A stretch of DNA of 63,193 bases, counting the filler, from Sluysia triapertura (taxonomy: Eukaryota), in NCBI GenBank assembly GCA_046118255.1. It is 5 parts of 5 records of this genome, joined end to end, with 100 filler letters (N's around TTAATTAATTAA, not from the genome) between each part and the next. Parts side by side here need not be neighbours in the genome. Positions count along the whole stretch, not along the records: positions 50,964 to 63,193 come from JBJNIA010127408.1; 4 more parts are not named here. One strand, 5' to 3'. Shown piece by piece: positions 52,892 through 63,193 of this stretch. The notes under the pieces were generated by a model. That model was not told the origin of the DNA, made no database searches, and saw only the letters and a list, made by a program, of their open reading frames with translations. The translations under genes and the position numbers were made by a program. The stretch's first letter is position 1. Each line of letters begins with the position of its first letter.

Positions 52892-55310
52892 TGTAGTGGA
52901 CAACCTTTATAATCGTTAAACTTTTTAAAAAAAATTAAATCTTTAACACTTAGATATTCACACACGTACATCCTACACAATTACAAAACAGTTCATTTGC
53001 CTAAACTAAGCCATATTCACAACCTCATAATATACAAACCACAGTTACATCTTATACCATCAACTTACACCAATAAACCTATCAAAAACATGTAACTCGA
53101 CATCCATAATAACCAAATAATATCCGCAAATGAAATTATCTACTTTACACCTTTGAATCAATTACAACATCTTAAATACACTATTCGTCTATGCATAATC
53201 ACCAAAAACACAATACAACACCATCAAAAACATCAAATAAACAAATCACATAAAACACTGTACAATAATTTTTTAAATATACCAAGAGTTGTATTGTAGT
53301 TACCTTTTTAGATTTTACTATATTACAATCTTCTCAATAAGTCTTTTATCCACGATCATGCAATACTTAAATGTTGTTTTCAATTATGTTTTAATCAACT
53401 CTTTCTAACATTCTCTATTTCATCTCACGACTTAAATCAATTATTATATCTTCAAATGTTAACTACACTTATCAACTCATTCAAAACAATTCTTACTCAG
53501 AAACTTTAATTCCAAACACATTTTAAATTTATTCCAATGTGTTAGAAATCTTTAAGATCGTGTACAGTTTTAAAGAATTCAATTTTATGCAACGAAATAA
53601 CAATAATTCGCACATTGTGCATCCTGTTATTGTTGCTATTTCATTCAATGTTATCAATTTTTACTTCATTTTTATCTTTTATATTTTGAGAAGAAAGACT
53701 AGAAGAAAGTAAGCTCTTGTATAATAATTAATAAAAGAAATTTATGCAATTTTTTCCTTTTTCGTTGTTAATAATAACAATATTGTTATTGTTATTATTA
53801 TTATCAAATTATTAAATTAATTATCAATTAAATTTTTATAAAGTACCACAACTAGTTACTACCATCACCAGTGTTGACATTGCTCATCACAATCTTCATT
53901 ATCGTGTCAACACTGATGATGGCCAACCATCAGTAATCATTGTTTTTGTTGATCAATTTGTTCTTTGTACCTGTCATCCAATCAGAACTAATTTTATTAA
54001 ACTGTATACTAAGGAACCCTGATTGGATGACCAGCCACATTCTTAAAACTAAAAAGAAAATTGCTAAAAATAAAACTACATTAATGTAATAAATTTTTAT
54101 CGATTACAAAACAATATTTTATTTACGATAAAAAAGAGAAGTCCAGCCATAAAGGAGTTATCGATAAATCTCAATGCATCTATTTATACCAAAAATTTTC
54201 GTTTTACCAAAATCAATAGACAATTCTAAAGCTCTACTGCAGGCACTTCCAAGTAATTTAAAGCATCGAAATTATGACGATTCATTTTTTGTAAAAGTCA
54301 ATTCTCATATGATTCTTGTATGTAAAAATAAATATCCATCAATTCAAGATCTAGAAAAAACTCGCCTGATATTCCTATCATGACAGTATGCAATGTCAAA
54401 ATATTATCATTCGATTCAGTGAAACCAGATGTCTATGGTTGTTTTATTTCAAATAAGAGACTCTAAAGATTCAAATGCCTCTGCAATTTTGTTTATGTGT
54501 AAGTACGCAGATTTATCTCATGAAATAATAACCGGTTATTATTATAAATAAACAGATTATTGTTCAGCTGATGAAATTAAAGTTGTTAGACGTAATCATA
54601 TTTGGATTATCGTATTTGCACGAAACTTTTGGCAGTTAGTAAACAGTCATTTAGCTACTCGATATTTTACTTTATGTGAAGACATCAAAGAACCAATCGT
54701 CCATCAGAACGATAATTCCCATTTCATTATCAAACCGAGACAGACAGTTTTCAGATATTACAAAAAAAATCCGAAATGCCAACCATGGAATGTTTTTAAC
54801 TCCGGAACAGTTTGTTTTGTTACCATTAAAAAATCAACAATACGTAGTAGTTACAGTAAAAGCTGTCACCGTTTCATGTTAAGAATGGTTACCGAAAGAA
54901 CTATAGATTATTATCGACCTATTGAAACAACATCCCTGCTATTCTATTATAGATTGCGAGAAATACCAGAAAAAACAATCAAGTGTCTTTTGGGAGAACA
55001 AAAATTAAGTGTCTGTTCTAGTATAACAAGAAATCCTTCGTTGGTGAAAAACCTTAACATTAAATTCAAGGCTAGGTTCAATGCTATGTGTAGATACTTG
55101 ACAAGAAAAATTAAAATTTTATTTGTAATAACAATTAATAAATTTACATCCTGTAATTTTTCGTCTTTTGATTATCTTAAAATTTCTTTAAAGTATGGCA
55201 TAATATTTGAGATAACTTTAAAAGATATATTTTTAATCTACTTCAATTGTTATAAAGCTTGTTTTTATGAAACTAATAATTGTTCAATAACTAATAAATA
55301 TCATTATCAA
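52892..55310 (+). mobile_element. Family 1 cargo element, copy G (3' end abuts the NeSL-type element)
   Basis: TGTAGTGGACAACC start; G-poor leader similar to C and E; inverted repeats at 53861-53922 and 53973-54031; decayed ORFs at 54170-55100. Confidence 0.75.
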
Positions 55311-55319
55311 CTAAAATCC

Positions 55320-58300
55320 CTAAATGGACGAATATTAATGTCTCGGGTAATCAGGAATACTAAAGCTACAACTTCTGAACCTAAGCCTCCTAACCCTACT
55401 AATAACATAGGTCGTAAGAATTCTGCTCTCCCTAAGACTGTTAAAATATCGAATCCTAAAGTCTCTGGACCTAGGAACAACAATGCACGTAAAGTTCTTT
55501 TCCAAAAAGTAATAATCTTCAAGTCACACTGACCCCTATTACTAACCCTGTTGTGGTGGTTAAAAAGGGCTTCACCGATAACCTGGTAATTACCATTGAT
55601 GAGGATACATTCTTCTGTGTATAGCTGAATGCAATGGAACCTCGACCTATCCATCCTATTGGTGACAAACCTATGCTGTGCTGAAGTGTATTCTGAGACT
55701 CCTGAGGAAATTCCGACCGTCACTGAGGTAGCCATCCTTAACCCTAATGCTAATCATAATGCTGCAACCTACTTCTGTGACGCACTTTCCAATAACTTCT
55801 AATAACTTAACTACTACTGCTGCTCATACATCAATCTTGAACGGCACATCTCCTGTGATGCCCACTGAGAACAATCCAACTTCCTCCTATCGCTACCATT
55901 GTTGATCCTATTAATATTCCGCCTCAAACAATTTCTCCTGCACCTACTGAGATTTATGAAATTATTAGTCTCCACAATGAATCTATCTCTACGACTCCTC
56001 CTCACATTGTCCCTGCTGAACCCTCTGTTACTTCAGCTTTCGAAAATGGTATTGATCTTGATGACTTTACCACCTATATTTCTTCAACTTCTTGCAATGC
56101 TCACATCATTATCATTAAGGGATACATTAAAAGCTCTCTACTTGACTGCAATATGAAAGGTCTTACTATTAAGAACCGTTCTGATTTCAAGGAAGTCCAT
56201 AGACATTTTACTACCAAACATCAGTCCACCACCAACTTGAGTAATCTTAAAGTAAAATGTACATGTGTAACATCAAGATATGGGAAGAGTTAAGCATGAT
56301 CTACATTAAACACACTAATGTCCTTAATAGCGACATTCGTGGTGCAGTTAAAGAAGTAACCGTCCTACCTCTTATACCGCAAGGAGATACGCAGATCCTG
56401 TACATGGTCTCATCTCCTACCACTGTTCGGTGTACTTTCCGCGGGATTACTCAAAAGCTTAATCCTAATGATTGCAGTAGCTTTAAACGTCACCAACTTA
56501 AAAAGCATAATTTTAAAGGAAATCAAGTCATTGTTAAGTGCTCCTGCACCTGTTTTTCGATAGTCTGGTTTCTTTTTCCAATTATATGGTAACACATACT
56601 GCAGACAATAATTTGACTCTTGCTCCGACTACTAAAGACCTTGTTTCCACTCACCGGCCAGATTGACTATCCCTGAACGCTGTCATGACTTTTTTCGATG
56701 CTTACATCTCTGACCCTAACTCACTAGTAATTGATTCCATCACAGCTAACTTCGCAATGTTCAGTGATGAACAAGCATTTCTCAGTGATTTCCCCATACC
56801 GAAATGATGAAGTTTGTAACATTTCTACTGAATTTTGAATATTGAGAATCCTTCTTATTTTCAATAGAGATTCTAATTTCTACTGCATCATTGACCCAAT
56901 ACACTCTTATCCACGTCATATGTGAATTTCTTAAAAGTGTTATGATCGCATACACTACATTATCAGTGTACCCAGCTAAACAAGATTTTGTATATAAAGT
57001 CATTTCCTTTCCAATTCAAATTGGTCCTACTGATTGCGGTCCCTTCATTTGTGACATTGCCTTGCAATCCCGATGTACTAATTTTTCCCAACTTGATATC
57101 GATGCTACACCAGAAATACTTTATAATATTGTTGCTCACTCTATTAAACTTCCATCTGACACGAAAGCTACACTCACATCCTTCTATTGAGTTCATTTAC
57201 AATAAAATTAGTAAGGATGATCTTTCTGTCGATGATGTCTTTTCTGAATTATGTGATTTAATACATAGGTTGTTTCCACCAAAATTCCCCAACATCCTGT
57301 GTTAGTTTAAAAAATCTCACACTGAACCAAACTAGGAAATAAAAAATGACCTGGGTAAAATCTTCCAGCAAAATCAATCTAAAACATTCCAATTAATAAC
57401 TGGTACTGCCTGTCCTCCAGTTACACCTTCAGCTATTGAAATTTGCGATTACTACAGTTCTGGTACTGTTCCTCTTTTTGACCCATCACAACTAGATACA
57501 TTGCCTTACTCTATGGACATATATACTAACGACCCAATCACTGAACAAGAAATCTTGGCTACTTTGAAATTCTGTAAAAATTCCGCTCCGGGCACAAACA
57601 AAATCACGTTTGAACATATTAAAAACGTTGATCCTCCTTTTTAATAAAATTTTTTCTATCCAAAAAATAACGCGGGTCTGGAAGAACTTTACCACCCTTC
57701 TTATAATAAAACCTAATAAATTTCACCTTGCACAAGAGGTTGCATCTTGGCGACTATTACTATTCTTGATTCCACATACCGCATTTTACCAAGATAATTA
57801 ATGACCGTCTTCTCTCCTGGATACATGCTGGCAACCTTATCAGTGCTCATCAGGCTGTGCTTCTACGTTCTGATGGTTGCACGGAGTATAACTTCCTGTT
57901 GCATTCCCTACAGGAAATTATTACTTTCATAAATCAAAAAAAGGCTAGAAAGATTGAACTCCATGTTATATTCCTTGACTTAACCATTGCTTTTGGTTCT
58001 ATCTCCCACCAAATGATCTGGTATACTCTATCACTCATGGGTCTGAACCAACACACCCTTAATCTTTTTAGGTACCTATGCGAGGATAGCAGCACGTCAC
58101 TACTGATCCTGTTCCAATTAGATATGGTATAAAACAAGGTTGCCATATTTCAATGACTCTTTTCTGTTTAGCCATTGATTACTTATTTCATAGGTTCACC
58201 TCCACGGAAGATTATATCTCAATTCGTGGAATATCATTTCACCCTTCTCTTGCCTATGCAGATGATATTGCATTTATTTATACTTCGAATAAGCACCTCC

Positions 58301-60070
58301 AGCATATACTCAACTGCATCATAAGACATGCTAAATCTGCTAATCTGATCTTCCGTCATAGTAAATGTTTCTATCCCTGATTCGACAAAGCTTTCTGTCT
58401 TCATTGATGGCACCCAAATATGAAAGATGGTGAAAATTCGATTTATTTGGTGAACTTAAAAAACAAAACCTGAGTGACCTTGACCTAACAATGGTCCAAA
58501 AAATCAAAGACTCCAGTCTAAGTTGCAGAAACAAATTTCTTATGTTTCGCAACTTTATTCACTCGCGCCTTCCATTTCACTTGCGTAATCTAAATATTAA
58601 TACCAAAATCGTTAGTAGTCCTCACGCACGGCAATCCAAAAACCTTCCCCAATCTGCTGGATATGACGAAACTTGAAAAACTTCCCATTAAACAATTATT
58701 TCTTTTATGCACACGGCGGTTTAAGTCTGATATCTTCTTACGATGACTGTATGTGCCAAAATATAATTTGCACCATCCGCCTATTTAACAGTCGAACAAA
58801 CCTTATTCGTACCCTTGCCTTGCATGAAATTCTTCGCGTCGTCAATGATAGATTAAATAAAGTCGAGAACATTTCTGATGCTCTATCTTAGCTGAATGGC
58901 GGCAAGCTCGATAAGCGTTCTGACATGGTGGACCAAAATTCGACAATCTATCCTCAATTTGCGCCGAAAATATAGAATTTTTGCTAGCTTCTTTTACTGT
59001 GAGGACCAAATAAAATTAAATATAAAATGCGACATCCTTGGTGAAAATGAAGTCATATTAAATCGGTTTCATAAAGAGAAAGTAGGTAAATATCTTCATG
59101 AATTGAATAACTTTCCAACACCAACATTTGGAAATCCCACCAATTCCAATGTCGTTTTGTTGAATGTTTCATGAGAAGTCATCTATCTGGTCGCCCGTTT
59201 TCTTTACAATTAAACAACCAGAGTTGGATTTTTATGATTAAAGCTAGAAATATTATTCTTAAGCTTAATTTCTCTCCACAAAACATTCAACTGCATCTTC
59301 CCATTACGTGTCGTTGGTGTGGCTTTGCCCACGTATTATGTCTTTGCCATTGAACTATCATTGGCCGTACAGTCAGATTCTCGAATGTCTACATAGTAAA
59401 TTTAAACAAATTGGCTTCTCAGTCACAATGGATACGCAAAGCCCCTTACTGGTGACTATAGAAGACCTGATATACAAGCGCAAGGTTCAAATTCCTGCCA
59501 ACTTTTTCTCATTGACGTCATGTCGCCGATTGATGATTGAGAAATTTAAGGCAGCCCGAACTTTCAAAATTATGAAATATTCCCACCTGAGAGATAAGTT
59601 CCAAATACAAATTAAATGTCAGGTTTCCTTTGACACGTTTGTCGTTGGAGGACTTAAATCTTGAGATCCTGTAAATGACATCCTTCTGAAGGAACTGGTT
59701 TAGCACGCCAGTGTCTCAAACTTTCCATTTAATCCTCTTTTAATATCAACAATATCCCACATAAATAATATTGTTATATATGACTTAATCTTGGTACTTT
59801 AATGAGTTTATTTATCCTATATCTTGGAGGTTTAATGTTTAATCTTTTGGATTTTTCGTAATAATCAATCTATTATACAACAACTGATATTCTCTTTCAC
59901 ATTTTCATTTACTTCTTTTCATTTTGCATTCAATGGTTTTATTTTTTCCTTATTTATTTTAGTTTTGAATTAGTGCGGCACCGATTGCACAATTTGACTC
60001 GTCGGTAGTTAACAAAAACTGCTTGTTTGGTATTAGTATTATTAATGAATATTATCTTGACAGAATAAAA
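55320..60070 (+). mobile_element. Decayed NeSL-clade non-LTR retrotransposon (ZnF - Ulp1-like protease - RT - CCHC - RLE)
   Basis: C2H2-like DCNMKG...HRHFTTKH; PIQIGPTDCGPF (about 57010-57046); RT motifs DGCTEYNFLL, IFLDLTIAFGSISH, GIKQGC and LAYADDI (YADD 58255-58266); CRWC..H...C at 59309; RRPDI, LIDV, K..KY and FVVGGL. Many frameshifts; AATAAA at about 60064. Confidence 0.9.
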
Positions 60071-60917
60071 TATTAAATATAAAACCATATGTGCAAGAAA
60101 AAGAGATTATAAAATTAGTGACATTTCAACATAAACTAAAAATTAATTTATTAGGAATCTTTCTTCCTTATTTATTAGATGAAGCTTGAGATATACATTA
60201 CTTGAAATATAGAAGTGTAGATTTCATGTTACTTCGCAAGAAATATATTGTCCAAATTTTAAAATATTCAGCGTTACATTGATTACCATTGCCACTCTAT
60301 CGATCAAAAACAAAAGAAAAACAATATTTAAACCACAGACCCACTATTGACTCTTCAATATCTGAGAAAGATGAAGAATCAAATTGGCAAACTTTCCAAC
60401 AGAGTTTGTGATCAATGTCGCGCTCACTTTAACAAATCACGTGACATAACATACAACCTAACTCAATGAATTTATAAATAATGAAAATGAATAGATAATT
60501 AAAAATATATATTAGCTTTTCTTTAATTTACCAACAATTACAAAATATTATTTCAAAAACAACTGTTTAATATAAAATATATAATTGAAACAAACTTATA
60601 ACATTAAAGTTTTATTAGGGAATTAGGAATAATATGTTTTTCGCATAATTTAACTATACAAACAATTATTTTTCATTATCAAAACTATGTATATTTTATA
60701 AAGTTACTTACAAAAAATGATTATTTATTACGATTATCATATCACATGACTTTAAACTGTTATTTATGGATACAAAATAACAGTTTAAAACAATGCTAAA
60801 TTATATACTTATAAAATTTATATTTTGAATTAGCAATATGTAATTAAATAATTAATAAGTACAGAAATCATAAAGACATAAGTTCAACTATAAATATATA
60901 TATTCAAAATTTCTTGT

Positions 60918-62546
60918 TTACTTCTTTTTCTTATTCTTATTACCTCTATTGTTATTATTATTTTTAGCATTCTTTGCATTTTTTGTGTTATTATTTGTTT
61001 CCTTTGGTACTTCAACTGGAATAGGTTCTGGTTGGAAGTTTTCATCAATCAACACTTGTTTATCGGTAATAAGCCATTGTTCTGAGCAAGTATTTCCCAT
61101 CATACGTCCATCGTGAGTGACGACTAGAACAGCTCCCTTGAATTTCTTCAAACAATCCGTTAATGCATTACAAGCATCAATATCTAAATAGTTTGTAGGT
61201 TCATCAAGAATTAATATATTTGGTCTTGACAATGATATACTAGCAAAAATAACTCGACTTTTTTGACCAGCTGATAGAAATTTCACTTTTGTTTTTAAAT
61301 CCCGTTCTTTAATACCAAAACTGCTCAAAGCTAATATTAAAGAAGGTTCTTTGACATTTGGGTGTATTTTGCTTAAATTCTCAATGGAATTTAAATCCAT
61401 ATCCATCGAGTCAACAAAATGTTGGTTATATTTACCAACTCTTAAACTGGGATTTATAAATACATCTCCATGTTTTGGTGATATTTCTTTCAATAATATA
61501 TTTATGAGAGTTGTTTTACCAGCTCCGTTTTTACCCATAACAACTGCACGGGTTGTTGGCACAATTTTAATATTGATTTCACGAAATAATTCGTGACTTG
61601 GTGAATAAGAGAAACACATGTCTTGTAATTCTATCATAGAATTTTTTATTTTACAACCAACATTTACTGTCCATTGTTCGGGTTTTTCTGTTTGAATTTG
61701 GTGTAAATGTTCGTGAAATTCTAGGAAACCACCTGCATAATGATGTACTTTTTCTTTGTTTATATAAATAATTTCTTTAGCCAAATATGACAAAAATGAT
61801 TTGTCATGTGTTATAAAAATTAACGTCTTTTTATAACCAGACAAATATTTTTTCATCCATTCTTTAGTAGCATAGTCCAACATACTACCAGGATCATCTA
61901 GTAATAAAATTTCCGGTTCTTGGATAAATTTCTGTGCCAATGCAACTTTCATTCTCCATCCACCTGATAAATTGGACACTCTTTGTTTCAACATTTCTTC
62001 ATCGAAACCGAAACCAAATAAAACTGATTCTCTTTTCCATACATCTTCTTCAGTTAAACCAAATTTCTCCATACGTTGTGCTAACATGGTTGCCTTTTCT
62101 TGTTTTGTTTTATTTAAGTATGATTTGTATTCTTGTAGAGATTGTATAATATCATCTTCGGTGTTGTGTTTTGTGAAACATTCATGGGTTTCACATAACA
62201 AAGCTTCCATTTCACAATCTACCAATTCAATACTTATATCTTCTGAAACAGCAATTTTTCTGCATTCTAATGCTTTAAACATCAATGATTTTCCAGTTCC
62301 ATTTCCACCATACACACCATAAATTTTGTTATACTCTATATTCATATTAAAGTCGGACCAAATTTCATGATCAGCTGCAAATAATTTAATGTTTTCTAGT
62401 TTCAAAGATTTAAATTGTTTTGGATTTCCTGCACAAAATTCAACAGAAACTGATCCCTCAACTCTAATGCTGTCTTTAATAAGCTGATCAATAATTTTCT
62501 TTTCTCTTAATCTTTCTTTGTCGGTTTTGAATTCGAATGTAGTCAT
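60918..62546 (-). CDS. ABCF: ABC-F subfamily ATPase (two NBDs, no TM domain), intronless
   Basis: GGNGTGKS, LSGGWRMKVALA, ILLLDDP, ITHD; GKNGAGKT, LSAGQKSR, ILILDEPTNYLD, VVTHD. Confidence 0.92.
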   Translation of the reverse strand: MTTFEFKTDKERLREKKIIDQLIKDSIRVEGSVSVEFCAGNPKQFKSLKLENIKLFAADHEIWSDFNMNIEYNKIYGVYGGNGTGKSLMFKALECRKIAVSEDISIELVDCEMEALLCETHECFTKHNTEDDIIQSLQEYKSYLNKTKQEKATMLAQRMEKFGLTEEDVWKRESVLFGFGFDEEMLKQRVSNLSGGWRMKVALAQKFIQEPEILLLDDPGSMLDYATKEWMKKYLSGYKKTLIFITHDKSFLSYLAKEIIYINKEKVHHYAGGFLEFHEHLHQIQTEKPEQWTVNVGCKIKNSMIELQDMCFSYSPSHELFREINIKIVPTTRAVVMGKNGAGKTTLINILLKEISPKHGDVFINPSLRVGKYNQHFVDSMDMDLNSIENLSKIHPNVKEPSLILALSSFGIKERDLKTKVKFLSAGQKSRVIFASISLSRPNILILDEPTNYLDIDACNALTDCLKKFKGAVLVVTHDGRMMGNTCSEQWLITDKQVLIDENFQPEPIPVEVPKETNNNTKNAKNAKNNNNNRGNKNKKKK

Positions 62547-62665
62547 TTTACTTTCGAATGAAGGGTTTTACTTTTATAATTATTATTTAAACGAAAATAA
62601 AAATTTAATTTTATTGCATAACTTTCTTAGATCATTTTTCATATTTTATGAAAAAATTTAACTAA

Positions 62666-63105
62666 ATTACATTCGAAACATGAAATTTGACGTATGTGAC
62701 ATAGAGTTGACCTATTGACAAAACGAGAAACGAGTTATGATAATAACATGAAGATCAGTGGTGTGTTATGTCACATGCCTCAAATTTCATGTTTTAAATT
62801 AAAACACTAATTTACGTAATTTTATCAGCTATTTCGAAATTATTTCAAAAATTTTATAAAATAGTCTTATAAAAATTATAAATTTATTAATGCAAAGCTG
62901 AAATATATTTAATTTAATTAACTACTGAAATTTAAAACTCTTCATATATTGTAAAGTATTTAAATTCAAAAACTTATTCTGTTACTTTAACAATATTATC
63001 AATAATTCTGTATTTTAATGGATTTTGTGTATTTAATACATTACATTCGAAACATGAAATTTGACGTATGTGACATAGAGTTGACCTATTGACAAAACGA
63101 GAAAC
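62666..63105 (+). repeat. Identical 66-bp direct repeat (62666-62731 and 63040-63105)
   Basis: Exact match by eye. Confidence 0.9.
62676..62794. mobile_element. Short MITE with 28-bp TIRs
   Basis: AAACATGAAATTTGACGTATGTGACATA / TATGTCACATGCCTCAAATTTCATGTTT (2 mismatches). Confidence 0.75.
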
Positions 63106-63193
63106 TAAATTTTTGAAATATGCATTTAATTATCGTAAAAGATACTTTCATTATTTTATAATTAATAAGTAATACATCTATTATTAAAAAACA

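Noticed and set aside
61351-62322. Plus-strand ORFs opposite ABCF
   Set aside because: Antisense shadows of the ABCF CDS.

Overview
Very AT-rich, repeat-dense eukaryotic scaffold with several N-gaps. It is metazoan (TMEM216, TRPM, SH3BGRL, RBM24/38, unkempt and ERK5-like sequences) and has very short introns (33-36 nt in SH3BGRL); a compact parasite such as the orthonectid Intoshia would fit, but that is only an inference. Intact host genes are few: TMEM216, SH3BGRL and an atypical ABCF, plus isolated exons of RBM24/38, TRPM and a possible METTL21-like gene. Known TE types present are a decayed NeSL-type RLE non-LTR element with a Ulp1-like protease (plus a truncated second copy), piggyBac, Merlin and hAT MITEs, and an L2/CR1-type fragment. 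The main observation is a dispersed family of at least 7 elements of 1.8-3.1 kb (here 'family 1'). Their shared frame is: 5' TGTGGTGGCCAAC terminus, G-poor leader, (ATT)n tract, two inverted repeats (one with compensatory substitutions, one made of inverted CCAAT boxes), a variable cargo, a short GT-AG intron, AATAAA and a 3' ...AACA terminus. The cargo differs between copies and consists of sense-oriented decayed host gene fragments: ERK5-like kinase (two copies), RABL2-like GTPase and unkempt zinc fingers. A second TG...CA family ('family 2', about 1 kb, solo-LTR-like) carries canonical heat-shock elements in front of a TATA box. All alignments were made by eye; boundaries marked ~ are approximate.
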